A stretch of DNA of 61,607 bases, counting the filler, from Choristocarpus tenellus KU-1152 (taxonomy: Eukaryota > Protista > Phaeophyceae): the NCBI GenBank assembly GCA_964200185.2. It is 8 parts of 8 records of this genome, joined end to end, with 100 filler letters (N's around TTAATTAATTAA, not from the genome) between each part and the next. Parts side by side here need not be neighbours in the genome. Positions count along the whole stretch, not along the records: positions 48,752 to 61,607 come from CAXNAD020001688.1; 7 more parts are not named here. One strand, given 5' to 3'. Under the pieces are notes generated by a model. It was not told the origin of the DNA. It saw only the letters and a list, made by a program, of their open reading frames with translations, and ran no database searches. Shown one piece after another: positions 50,927 through 61,607 of the stretch (position 1 is its first letter; each line of letters starts with the position of its first letter). Position numbers and translations under genes: made by a program.

Positions 50927-51973
50927 ATAGAGACTGTGAAAGACCATCTGGTTGCCGGCCCTGATTGCCTTGGCGATATTGTATGAAGCATAACCAGCCA
51001 AGACCTTGGTATCCACCAGAGAGGCATTCCACTGAAACCACCTCAACTCTCGGTTTTCAGACACTGTGAGCGATAATTTCCGCCAGCACAGCCTTGCAAG
51101 GTGTCTTCCCATTGTCGCCAGAAATGTCTCAGAAAGTAAAACAAAATGGGGATTCGTCTACAACTCGTTGCCCTCGACAGACACAGGCTGGTCTGCCCTG
51201 CATCCCACATGCGCCTCATCTGCAAGTAGTACCTGTATTGGAAATTAATTCAAGCAGAGATGACAGGGGATTCCCTCACCAAACTACTGAACTCTTCATC
51301 ACCCCAATCTTGTGGAGAGACATCAGTCGACCAATCTTTTCCCACCTAAAGTCTCTGGTATGGAACTCCTGCTTGAGGCTTTCCTTGAGGTGCAAGAGTG
51401 CTAAACCAACGGATGATACTGTTCTCTGCTTGATTCGATTGATACGAAGTTTGTGAAAGGAGAGTATGGCAAGATGAGAGGAGGGAAAGGTCCATGAGGT
51501 CACATGACAGCTGCCTGATTACACCCGAGTGCCAGGAGGTAAAACTTGGTGCTCGTGCCTGAGGATATGGACACATGGTGTTGGTGTGGGTGTTTCACTG
51601 CGGTGGCACGGGCTTCATATCTTTGTAAAGGAGTCAAGATGTACATGCGGATTGCATTTCGCAGATTGATTACGACCTCACGTTACCATTGGCTCTGCAA
51701 TGGAAAACCCAATCATTTGTCAGGCATAATAACCTCCATATATGTACACCTTGTGGCCTTGATGCCATTGCTTGCCTTTTTTCTTCCCTTCGCACTACGC
51801 TCTCTGCAGGCAAATCAATTATACAAAAAAACTATTAGGACATAGTTCGAGTGGTCTCCATACACAGTTTGACACAATGGGTTCCAGCCATTGCTTTCCA
51901 ACTTTCACAGGAAGTCCAACGATCGAAGGCACAGTCATCGTACCTGCATCAGGAGTGATATGTGTTGGGCAAA

Positions 51974-52233
51974 GAGTCAGAGTATCTTAGAGGGTAGAGC
52001 CGTGTCCATTTGGGGGCAAAAATCCAATGTTGTGATATTGATGTAATCTTGACTATCATGTTTATTAGGAAGGTGTCAATGTCCTTGTTCCAGACACACC
52101 TTTCCATAAAATGTATATATTTTACCTACTCCAAAGCATTTCGGAGTGGGAAAATGTTAAAAAAAAACGTGGGAAGCCAAGCCCCAAACGGACGAACAGG
52201 GCAAACCTCGTACCCTCTAAGATACTTTCACTT
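51974..52233. mobile_element. MITE family B with AAA target duplication
   Basis: aaa|GAGTCAGAGTATCTTAGAGGG ... CCCTCTAAGATACTTTCACTT|aaa. Confidence 0.9.
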
Positions 52234-52498
52234 AAAGGGCGGTGATAGGTTAGAAACGAGTTCAATTCCAAAGGAGACAACGCTGTATACAATTTTGCTT
52301 GAGTTGAGATAAACCTCTCAATGCACCCTCATTCACCACTTTAAAACTCTAGCAGCGAGGGACATGACAGCGTCTTCACACTATGGTCTAGGATTTGATT
52401 CCTACTGTTGACACGTATCTTCGATATCAAGAAGATTAGCAAACCTATTTGTGTATGTGCTATGATCTGAATCCAATGTATTAGTATACTTTACTATA

Positions 52499-53971
52499 TG
52501 TCCTCTGACATTTTGCAAATGTGTTAGGGGGAAAACAAATGAAAACTGTACATATGTCAGTATAAGCCCTAAAGAAATAAAATATCATAAATATGAAAAA
52601 CACTATAAAACAGTGTAAGTGTGAAAAACACTACTTGTACTTCACCATTATCAATATTGTACTACTTGCCTTCCTGCGCTTCCCATACACCCACTCCTGC
52701 GCCCCAGGGGGGGGAGCTAGGGAGGCATCCCAAGATGATTTTCTTTTATTTCACCAATCTTCTACAAATGTGATTCGTTGCATTTCCATATTAGAGTTGT
52801 ACTGAACTTTAGTTATAGTTCCTACTACATATACCCATCTACCGATCATCATGTGGTGTCACGCATATATTAAAAAGAAGCCAAAGAAAAATATTCGCAT
52901 GTCAGAAAAATCCCTAAAAAATAACAGCTATATGTTCTGTAATAGAGTCTGTACCACCTAATGAACTGTAACTAATCAACATGCCTTCCAAAAACCCACT
53001 AAAAACCCTCCAATTCAGTCTAATATCAATAGTGAACGAGTTAAGAAGTCATGGTCACAATCACTTGGTATGACCAGAATCTCAGCTAAGACATATTCTA
53101 CTGGGGAGAACACCGTTGGGGGCTGCTGGACAGGAAATCCCTGGAGCACATCATATGCAGCAAGTACCGGAAGAAAGAGCAAGTCAGTTTCATCAAGAAG
53201 TGAAGTTTCACGAAGGCATGAAGGTGGGATGGAAGGGTTATCAGCAGAGGAAAGAAGAATGAGAGAGGTTGACAACACTGGAATCGTGCAAGTGGACGTC
53301 CCCCTTCAGTTTCTCTCCTTATCAGGAAGGAGATTGTCGGCAGTGGCTGAACGAAGAAGAAGTGAGTCAGAGATAAGGGAATAGGGGGACGAAACGGGAT
53401 TGTAGTAGGGAGTGAGGTAATGACAAGAGAAGATAACCTCGCCAAAGAAGGCATGTCATGTGTGTTGTTGTAGCACTCAGGATGTAGAGATCTCGATGAA
53501 TCATCCCACCTAGAGGAAGACACAGAAGTTGGTGAGGGTTCCACGATTATTTCGGACAGGTTTACAAAGGTCGAGAAAAGCAGAAGATCGGCAGCAAGGT
53601 AACACGTATATGGGACATAGGCAAGGAAGTGTCAGGAAGACACTAGGGTAAGTCGATGTGGCGGTTTAACCCGAATACCCTTTGTTTTACAGAGTTTCTG
53701 ATCCAGGGGATTGCATGCTATTCACTGTATTCTTGTGTGAATAGCAGGTGTGAGAAATATGGTGCACTGAAACTTCAAAAAATAAACTACCACAACAATG
53801 ACCAGCAACAAGAACGTTGTGTCATAAAGAGTCCATCTTCTATCTTGACTGCTATTATTTTTTTGGAAACTTCTCTACAATATATATGTATACATCTTTG
53901 AGGCTTATACTGACATGTGAATAGTTCTCATCCGTTTCCCCCGTGACACATCTCTAAAATGTCAGAGGACA
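52499..53971. mobile_element. About 1.5-kb non-autonomous TIR element (family E), TA-flanked, about 90-bp TIRs
   Basis: ta|TGTCCTCTGACATTTT...TGTCAGTATAAGCCCTAAAG versus CTTTGAGGCTTATACTGACA...AAAATGTCAGAGGACA|ta. Related single ends near 30620-30650, 30800-30840 and 49875-49910. Confidence 0.7.
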
Positions 53972-54510
53972 TAACAATAATATATATATGTAATAAGGGA
54001 GATCACGACATTTCTACCAAAAATGAAACAAAACCAACAAATCAGATTGGATCACTCTCAGAAGAAAATCGGAAATAAATTCCTTTCATTCTATCTACTG
54101 ACATATTCAACCGGTAAAACTAACACCTATAATGTACACATTTCACTATTCCACTGAGGAAAGAATTTGAAAATAGGAAGGTTATATGATTTTAAAATCT
54201 CCAACGAGCACCATTCTCCACAACAAGAAAAATTAAAAATCACCGAAAATGATAAATTACTAAAATATTCATCAACGTCTACAAAAAGTTAGAAGGTACA
54301 AAAACATATCATACTATTACCATCAACAACAAAGCACAGATTTTTTCCTTCTGGAAATTACACAATAATCCCTCCGCCTATCCATTCCTCCAACCCAAAC
54401 AATATCACTCCCTCACCCTCATTCACATCAATCAACATTCACACACTCCAACACCACAACCTCACACTCCTTATAATCAGACTCACACTGAAGCACGTCG
54501 CTGACACAAT

Positions 54511-57500
54511 ATGGCTGACAAGATAGACAATGTGGCGAAACAGCAGGTGGAGGCATATCGGATCATACCCACTTCAAAAATACAACTAACATCTCCATGA
54601 AGAGTGTATGATTTGGTTTGTTGACAACTTGACCCTACCTTGGGAATCACAACATGCATATATTCATATGCACCAGGTCTACCTCGAGTGCAAGGAACAT
54701 GCATCCTCCCAACAATCACCGTCTCCCCTGTAAAATCTTGGTGCACGATATATTACTCGCAGTACGAGCGGAAGTGGGAACTCGGCATAGATCTGAAGGA
54801 GGTACACCACGACGTCGCCAGGAGGGATCGTAAGGGAGTGCGGAGGGTCTTCTCCGGCAACATGATACGCGGAGTGTTTGCGGAATTCCTTGGCTCCCTC
54901 CTCTTCTTATTCTTTGGTAGGTCATCGACAACCCACGATTCTTTCCCCAGTTCGCCCAACCAACAAGGAATGATTCAATATCCGAAGTCGCAATCATGCA
55001 ATAAGGCATTCTGATTAGAGCACAAGAGCAATCTCGAGAAAATTGTAGTTGAGGGGTCATATAGGCAGTTCTTACCTTTTTGAAACGAGGTAGATTTGCT
55101 GACCGTCATATACCAAGTAGCATGATAGAGTCGAGCAGTCCTGATCCTCCGTTTCTTCTACTCATCCCTGGCATACCTGCTGCGTCACTTGACCATCCGA
55201 TCATGGAAAAATCAAGTCATTACAACGGTACGGACCGTGGATACTGATACACTGACTTCTGACGCTTCCGGGACCAGGCTGATGGTGTCTCTAAGCTTCG
55301 GGCTCACCATTTTCGTCCTAGTGTGAGTTCAACCATTCCTTTTTCTCCCCACTCTCTGGTACAGTAGTATTCGCATTTGTCACAAACATTGGGCAAATTC
55401 AAGTAGTCACTCACGCCCACGGCCTAGGAATTCACAGTAAATAGTGTCCGTGCAGAGGACTCTTTCCGACTCTATTTGTCACTAGTATTGATCTCACAGT
55501 GAAACACAACAACCCCCTCCCCTGTAGAACCTCTGAGTTGTTCACAATCTCAATCCACTACTCCTTGCTCAGGTATGTTCTTGCATCTGCTTCTGGGGCC
55601 AACATCAACCCCGCAGTGTCCATTGGTCTGATGGTGGGCAAGCGCATCACCCTCGAGCGCTTCGTGCTGTACGTAATTGCACAGGTGTGATGTGGGTTTG
55701 TGAAGGTAGCCCGTATTTTCTTTTCGCATGACGACCTTGCCTTGATACTGAGCTGATCTTTTTGTGAGCGCAATCTACGCGCAAGGCCGTTCATCAATAC
55801 TCCGACAAGTGGTGTTGTCACCTAGTCCGGATCCACTACATTGCATTCCACCCCTCACATTCATGTTGTGCTGACTCACCTATCAATGCCGATCCAAATC
55901 ACATCTAACCCTCTCCCTGCAACAGTGTGCCGGAGCAACTGCTGGTGCAGGGCTTGCAACCATTTTCCTTGATGGCACCGGCGGGGGGCAAAACATCATA
56001 TCTGATGGGAATGATGTGAGTACTGGCCATTCCAGTACTGCAACTGTCAATACCACCTCAATCGATGGTGGAGTTATCGGAAGCCAAGACCTTGTCATGA
56101 CCTGTACACATCCCTGTCTTGTTTGTGCATGGTGGACTTGACTTGAACGTGACAGGTTGGGGATGCCTTCATTGGAGAGGTAGTCTGCACATTCATGCTG
56201 GTCCTGACAGTCTTCGCTGCAACTGATGGCGAAATGGGCCGACGCCTCTACCACATCCAGCCTTTGCTACCCTTTGCCATAGGGATGACCGTCTGCATTG
56301 GTGAGAACCTTGCAGATGATATGGCTACCTCAGTGGGTCTTACACAAGTATTGCAGATCTGTATGCGGAACGAACCAGAACACACGTTTCTGACGAGGTT
56401 CGGGATCTGCTTGGGACAGAGACACTGTGTCTCACGGATTTCGACTCTTTCTTTATTGCCGTGGCGTACAACAAGGCACCACAGAAATCAATACTCAACC
56501 TTACGCACATGATGGTGTTTTGCTCGTCCGTTTGTACCTGTGTCTATTTCTCCCCGTGTGTTCTCTACCTGGTCCGCCAAACCACTATAACAGCACACCT
56601 GGTTCTCATTCCTGTGGATGGATGCTCCATCAACCCTGCCCGTACGTTTGCCACCAGTGTCACAAACAACGACTTCAGGGACCACTGGTGGGTGACCCTT
56701 GGTGTTTTTGGAATATGACTGAGGGGTTCTCAATCCCACGAATTGCTGGAAGCAGGTCTCCTTCCCGTGTACAATCCTGTGGCAAGGCTTGCATCTGTTG
56801 TGTTACGGTACACTGTGCTTTGTCCAATGCAGCTAGAATACAGCCATGTCATCTGCTATATTATCTGTTATCTTGTGACAGCATTTCATGCGCTATTATC
56901 TGTCCCTTTAGATTGTACACACATTAGTGTCACTAATGTAAGTAGAACAACAACCCCAAGAGATTGCAAGTATCAGATTGGGATACTTCTTGATCACTCA
57001 GAGTGAAACTATTATTTGCATCGATACACAAAACGCCACAGCACGAAGTATATGTAATACATATCGAAAATACTTCATCTTACTATTTTTGTGAGCCGTT
57101 CTTGTGTCAGTAGTTGTATGAGCAAGGACAAGCAAGTGCGTACATTGGTGTGGTCAATCGAAAGGTATAATTTTTCAGCTATTCATTGTATGTTGAGGAT
57201 TAGACGTTGCATGAATCTGTTTGTGGCTCAGTTTGCACCTTGTTGCATCTTCAGCACGACTACTTGTACATGACAACTTCACCTCACCCTGGCCACATTA
57301 CACAAGTGGCAGCAAACTGGCTTGGTGGAATATTGGTTCATCCTGTTGATACAATCCCGTTACAGCCATAAAGCCAAACTCAGCACCATACCCTACTACT
57401 TCATACCGAGATTATGATATATTACAATACTTTGAATTGAGGAAATGTTCTTGCTTTGGCTCTCAGGGTGTTCTGGGCTGGACCACTTTCTGGAGGGGTC

Positions 57501-57611
57501 GTTGCTGCGGTCGTGTGGGAAGCAATCCTTCGCCCCAAGCATCCTGTCTATATCACTGATTCTGCCCACACCATTGAAAATGCACCCGTCATTGGAGAGG
57601 AGGCTCTATGA
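54511..57611 (+). CDS. Aquaporin (MIP family), PIP-like, about 293 aa, 8 exons
   Basis: Exons 54511-54546, 54763-54916, 55217-55322, 55573-55684, 55926-56015, 56156-56300, 56594-56687 and 57467-57611 total 882 nt in one open frame. Motifs AEFLGSLLF, SGANINPAVS, EVVCTFMLVLTVFAATD, HLVLIPVDGCSINPAR and DHWVFWAGP. Exon1 is the least certain. Confidence 0.95.
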
Positions 57612-58023
57612 GATAATGTTTTGGAAGGAATTTGGGATTGGGGTAAACTGTGATGACTGGAAACTCTTTTGAAACTTCGTTTTGTAGAGATAACATGTCG
57701 GAACACAGTGATGAACCTAGTGTGCATTTGTGAAGTGTGGGATTAGGATTGAGCGATTGGTGTCCCTTTACATACATTGCTGGATTAAATATTTGTTCTA
57801 CAAGGCTTTGTATATTCATAATAATGATCGGGTAACAGAGCCTGTGATGATTTTCTCGTATATACTGATTTATGGCTTTTTATCCTCTATTGTTTTTTGT
57901 GCATGTATGCCGTTGTTATCTTTCTGAAGAAAGCGATATATGCTTTGCGATTATTTTGTACATTGGTTGATCATCTGTTCGTCATGGTTCTGGCAGGTTG
58001 GGCAAGGGTTTGTGGTTTGTAGA

Positions 58024-58200
58024 GGCTCAAAGTGTCTGGGGGGGGTAGCGACTGTCCAGGTATCATCAACGTTTTCATATCGCGATTTTTGGGTGATTTG
58101 GTTGCATATGTCGAATGGAAAATGTAAATGCACTTTTCCTGATTTGGGGCAAAATGGTCACCATGGTGTAGACACCCCCCCCCCCCAGATAATTTGGGTC
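58024..58200. mobile_element. MITE family A
   Basis: GGCTCAAAGTGTCTGGG ... CCCAGATAATTTGGGTC. Confidence 0.85.
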
Positions 58201-58486
58201 TTGAATATCAATGTTTTCAAAGTCAAGCAATACTTATCGTGGGACTACTCCAGAATGAGGTCCATTTCAGATGCACACACAATCTTGTGGTTTGTAGAAT
58301 ATTAAGTTTTCAAAGTCGCGCAATGCGAATTGCGCGACTATGCAGAATGAGGTCTATTTCAGATGCATACATGAGTAGCTCACGTGCGTCATCATATGAA
58401 AATATTTTCCCTTGGCAATATACAAGCATTAGCTTGAAATAGCTATGTGTGGTGGTTGGTAGCTGTTGTGGAGTGATTCGATATCT

Positions 58487-58736
58487 GAGCCAAAGTATAT
58501 TAGAGGGTAGAGCCGCGTCCATTTGGGGGTCGAAATCCAATGTTGCGATTTGGATGTATTTTTGGCTATCGTGTTTGTTAGGAAGTGTCAATAACNNNNN
58601 NNNNNTTCACAACTTAAACATTTTACCTACTTCTAAACATTTAGGAGTAGCAAAACGTCAAAAAAAAACCCTTGAGAAGCCGAGCCCCAAATGGACAAAA
58701 AGGGAAAAATTCGTACCCTCTAAGATACTTTCACTC
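58487..58736. mobile_element. MITE family B with TCT target duplication
   Basis: tct|GAGCCAAAGTATATTAGAGGG ... CCCTCTAAGATACTTTCACTC|tct. Confidence 0.9.
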
Positions 58737-60929
58737 TCTGGTTTTTCGTTTTCAAGGACAAAGTCTTGGGTAGGGTATGTGCGAGTTGTACATATTCGTA
58801 TCAAGATAGTATAGAGGTCTACTTTGAGTGCTTGTTGTTCATGCTGCACTGCACAGGCGGTACAATAATGCGTGAAGAGTGGACCAGACAATCATGATAC
58901 CTATATTGTTTTGATAATATATGGTGTAATATATATCAAGGGCAAGACATGGTGACATGATGCATCTAGATCCTCCAAACATAGAAATGGTAAGGCTTCA
59001 CGCCTGACTGTTTAATGAACCTGTGAAAAAACATCGGTGTTCTCTATCTCGGTTCTACTTATCAAGCAACATTTTTCCAAAGGATCATGATGAAGGTAGA
59101 AACATGATCCTTTGGAATATATACCTCAGCTGTGTAAGCACAGTTACAAGACTTGAACTTGAGGAGCATCATATACACTATGAAATATTTTTATTTTATA
59201 TTGCTTCGTACAGAAGAAGGAATAGCAACAAAGACCCTCTTCTCCACCAGTTGAGTGGGAGGTGGGCTCCCTGGTAGTTTCCTCGCCATACTATGAACTG
59301 GTTGAAGTAACCGATCGATCTATCATACTAGTAGCAACTACCTAAATTCCTTAGTAGGCGGTTGAGCATGAAGCATTTCCTTCCGAAATCTGCATCCAGA
59401 TATCACTGTGAACTCCATGTTTAATTCAGTCAGATCTCAAGTCAACTCATTCACCGGAAGAGATCATCGCGTTGCAGGTCTCAACACCATAATTAGCATA
59501 GGTTCAACTTTAAATGTTGTAAGTATTTTGACTTGTGAAGGTGCAAGGCTCAGTATCAGTTGTGCAACGTACTGCATACCTTCTTGTTTATTTCGATACA
59601 CATACAGTGCATACATCTTCAACCCTACGACTAATTTGGACCCGGGGGGAACTGGGAAAATCGATAATGTGGACAAAACCTTTTGCAGCAATTGAGTATG
59701 TTAAAGAAATTGATGTTCCCAAGACTTGTGTGTGTAAATGACTCAATAAATTACTTATTGTGTAGAACGGGTTGTACATGAAGTAAGGAAGGTGAAAGGA
59801 GTGAGTATGCAAGCCTAAAGGGGGGGGGGGAGTTTCCATCAAAACAATCCTATTCCTGAACTCTTCCATATTCTAGTTCTTGAACCCAAACATATCTTAT
59901 ATTTTTCAGAATACAAACATTGTCTCTTTGTCCTTAGATTATTTCTTCTACCGAATCTTCTTTTACATGTTAATAAAAAGCATATTCTTGAGTTTTACAT
60001 GATACTGCTTCCTTGAGTAGAAACGATATAATAGTTACTGAAATCTTCTCTATGGATGTCTGCTAACAGTAAGGTTCTTGGCTTGTTAAACATTCAGGTG
60101 CGAACCTTTAATGTCTGCATATTCTACAGAGTACTCGCTTTGTGTACCCTTTGAGAAGTATATGTATCATGAAAGTAAAGGTTGCCCTTGATACCTATCA
60201 CACCAATTATCAAAAACATAAGTTGTGGAATTGCTTATCATGCATGCCTGCTCCACTCTTGGCACAGGATAATACCGCCTGTGCAATGCAGCATGAACTG
60301 CAAATACTTCAGGTAGTCCTTTGCCACCTTCATACAAAGATGTGAGCCTTGCGAAATACCACACCCAACACTTTGTGCGCAAAGCAGCCCCAAACCAGAT
60401 ATCCATTCACTTCACAACAGGTACCAACCACACATAGCCACTTCAAGCTAGAGTTTGAAATTTGCTAAGGAACATTTTCACATGGTGACCCACATGAACT
60501 ACTTGGATGTGCTCATGTAATGGACATTACTCTGCTGTAGTCCCATCACAAGTATTGCTTGACTCAATGACACTGATATTCAACAAATTACAAAATCTCA
60601 TCACCTCTCCACCACTACCACAATAAAAAGATGCTCGACCAATGCATTAAAAAACCCTTAGTATATGGAACTCTTCCTCCACGAACATGACAATGACAGT
60701 CAGTTATACTGAACTAACAAATACATAGAACCCACACCTCAGCATATATGCGAACATCTGCAACAAGCTCTGTAAAGGGGAACCAATCGACCATTCCAAA
60801 ACCCACCCTTCTCACACAAATATGCACACTAGGTCCACCATAGTGTTCCCATATCTACAAATCACAGTCCCCAATGCGTTTCCAATCATCTCAATCTACC
60901 TCCACCTCAATTCTCTTCCTGAAATTATC

Positions 60930-61074
60930 TCAAAGGGCCTCCTCTCCAATGACAGGTGCATCTTCAATGGTGTGGACAGGGTGACTGATACAGACAGGGT
61001 GCTTGGGGCGAAGGATTGCTTCCCACACGAATGCAGCAACGACCCCTCCAGAAAGTGGTCCAGCCCAGAACACC
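60930..61074 (-). CDS. Terminal exon of a second, convergent aquaporin paralog (remainder presumably beyond the window)
   Basis: 145-nt exon with intact acceptor: VFWAGPLSGGVVAAFVWEAILRPKHPVCISHPVHTIEDAPVIGEEAL*. Same length and stop position as 57467-57611. Confidence 0.8.
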
Positions 61075-61567
61075 CTGAGAGCCGAAGCAGGAACATTTCC
61101 TCAATTCAAAGTACTGTGATATATCATAATCTCGGTATAAAGTATTAGGGTAGGGATTCGTCTTCTGCCTTATGTCTGTAACGGGATTGTATCAACAAAG
61201 ACGAGCCAATATTCCACCAAGCCAGTTTGCCACCACTTGGTATTGTGGCAAGAGTGAGATTAAGTTTTCGTGTACAAGTAGTTGCAGTTTCTATACAGGT
61301 ACCACTTGCGCCTTGTTGCATCTCCAGCGCATCTAACTGAGCCACAAACAGATTCATGCAACGTCTAGTCCTTGTTGCTGTGATGTGTTGTGTATCGATG
61401 CAAAGTGCCCCTACCCATATACAAGAGAATAAAGAACATAAAATACAGGAAGTGCAGTACTTTGATCTACCCTAGAACTCTGGATTTTAATTAACTGAAT
61501 GTGTATCAATGACACCCAGCAACTTCTGCCACAACAACAATCTCGCTCTGAGTGATCAAGAAGTATC

Positions 61568-61607
61568 AACCCAAAGTATCTGGGGGAGGGGGGGGGTTCT
61601 ACACCAG
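61568..61607. mobile_element. MITE family A, left end
   Basis: AACCCAAAGTATCT(G)n...CTACACCAG. Confidence 0.75.

Noticed and set aside
50930-51960. PIF1/Helitron helicase relic on the minus strand
   Set aside because: Only faint, frameshifted motif echoes (GDH.QLCP-like); cannot be supported without a profile search.
57445-57672. ORF MFLLWLSGCSGLDHF... and its twin at 60896-61096
   Set aside because: Wrong frame of the aquaporin terminal exons.

Overview
Repeat-rich, intron-rich eukaryotic DNA. It is most consistent with a brown alga or related stramenopile (inferred from the Zn2Cys6 protein type, the PIP-like aquaporin and TTAGGG-type tracts; not proven). Seven artificial 100-nt linkers (N44-TTAATTAATTAA-N44) split the window into eight contigs, so adjacency across them is unverified. 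Most ORFs in the supplied track are spurious; genes were rebuilt from GT-AG exons. Genes: a partial unknown Ser/Pro-rich gene (1.5-2.4 kb, +); two exons of an At5g60700-like GT2 glycosyltransferase (9.4-11.6 kb, -); a Zn2Cys6 transcription factor (27.1-29.5 kb, -); LYRM4/ISD11 (45.0-45.7 kb, -); a complete 8-exon PIP-like aquaporin (54.5-57.6 kb, +); and the last exon of a convergent inverted aquaporin paralog (60.9-61.1 kb, -). Mobile DNA: decayed mariner, Sola1-like (DUF7869-type) and Sola2-like transposases, more than 20 MITE copies from four families sharing a terminal motif, a TA-flanked TIR element and many tandem repeats. The best find is a cluster of three unusually long (240-296 nt) box C/D snoRNA-like genes at 40.9-43.3 kb (-). 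They show compensatory hairpin changes, an invariant guide complementary to conserved LSU rRNA and a second conserved rRNA-pairing element.
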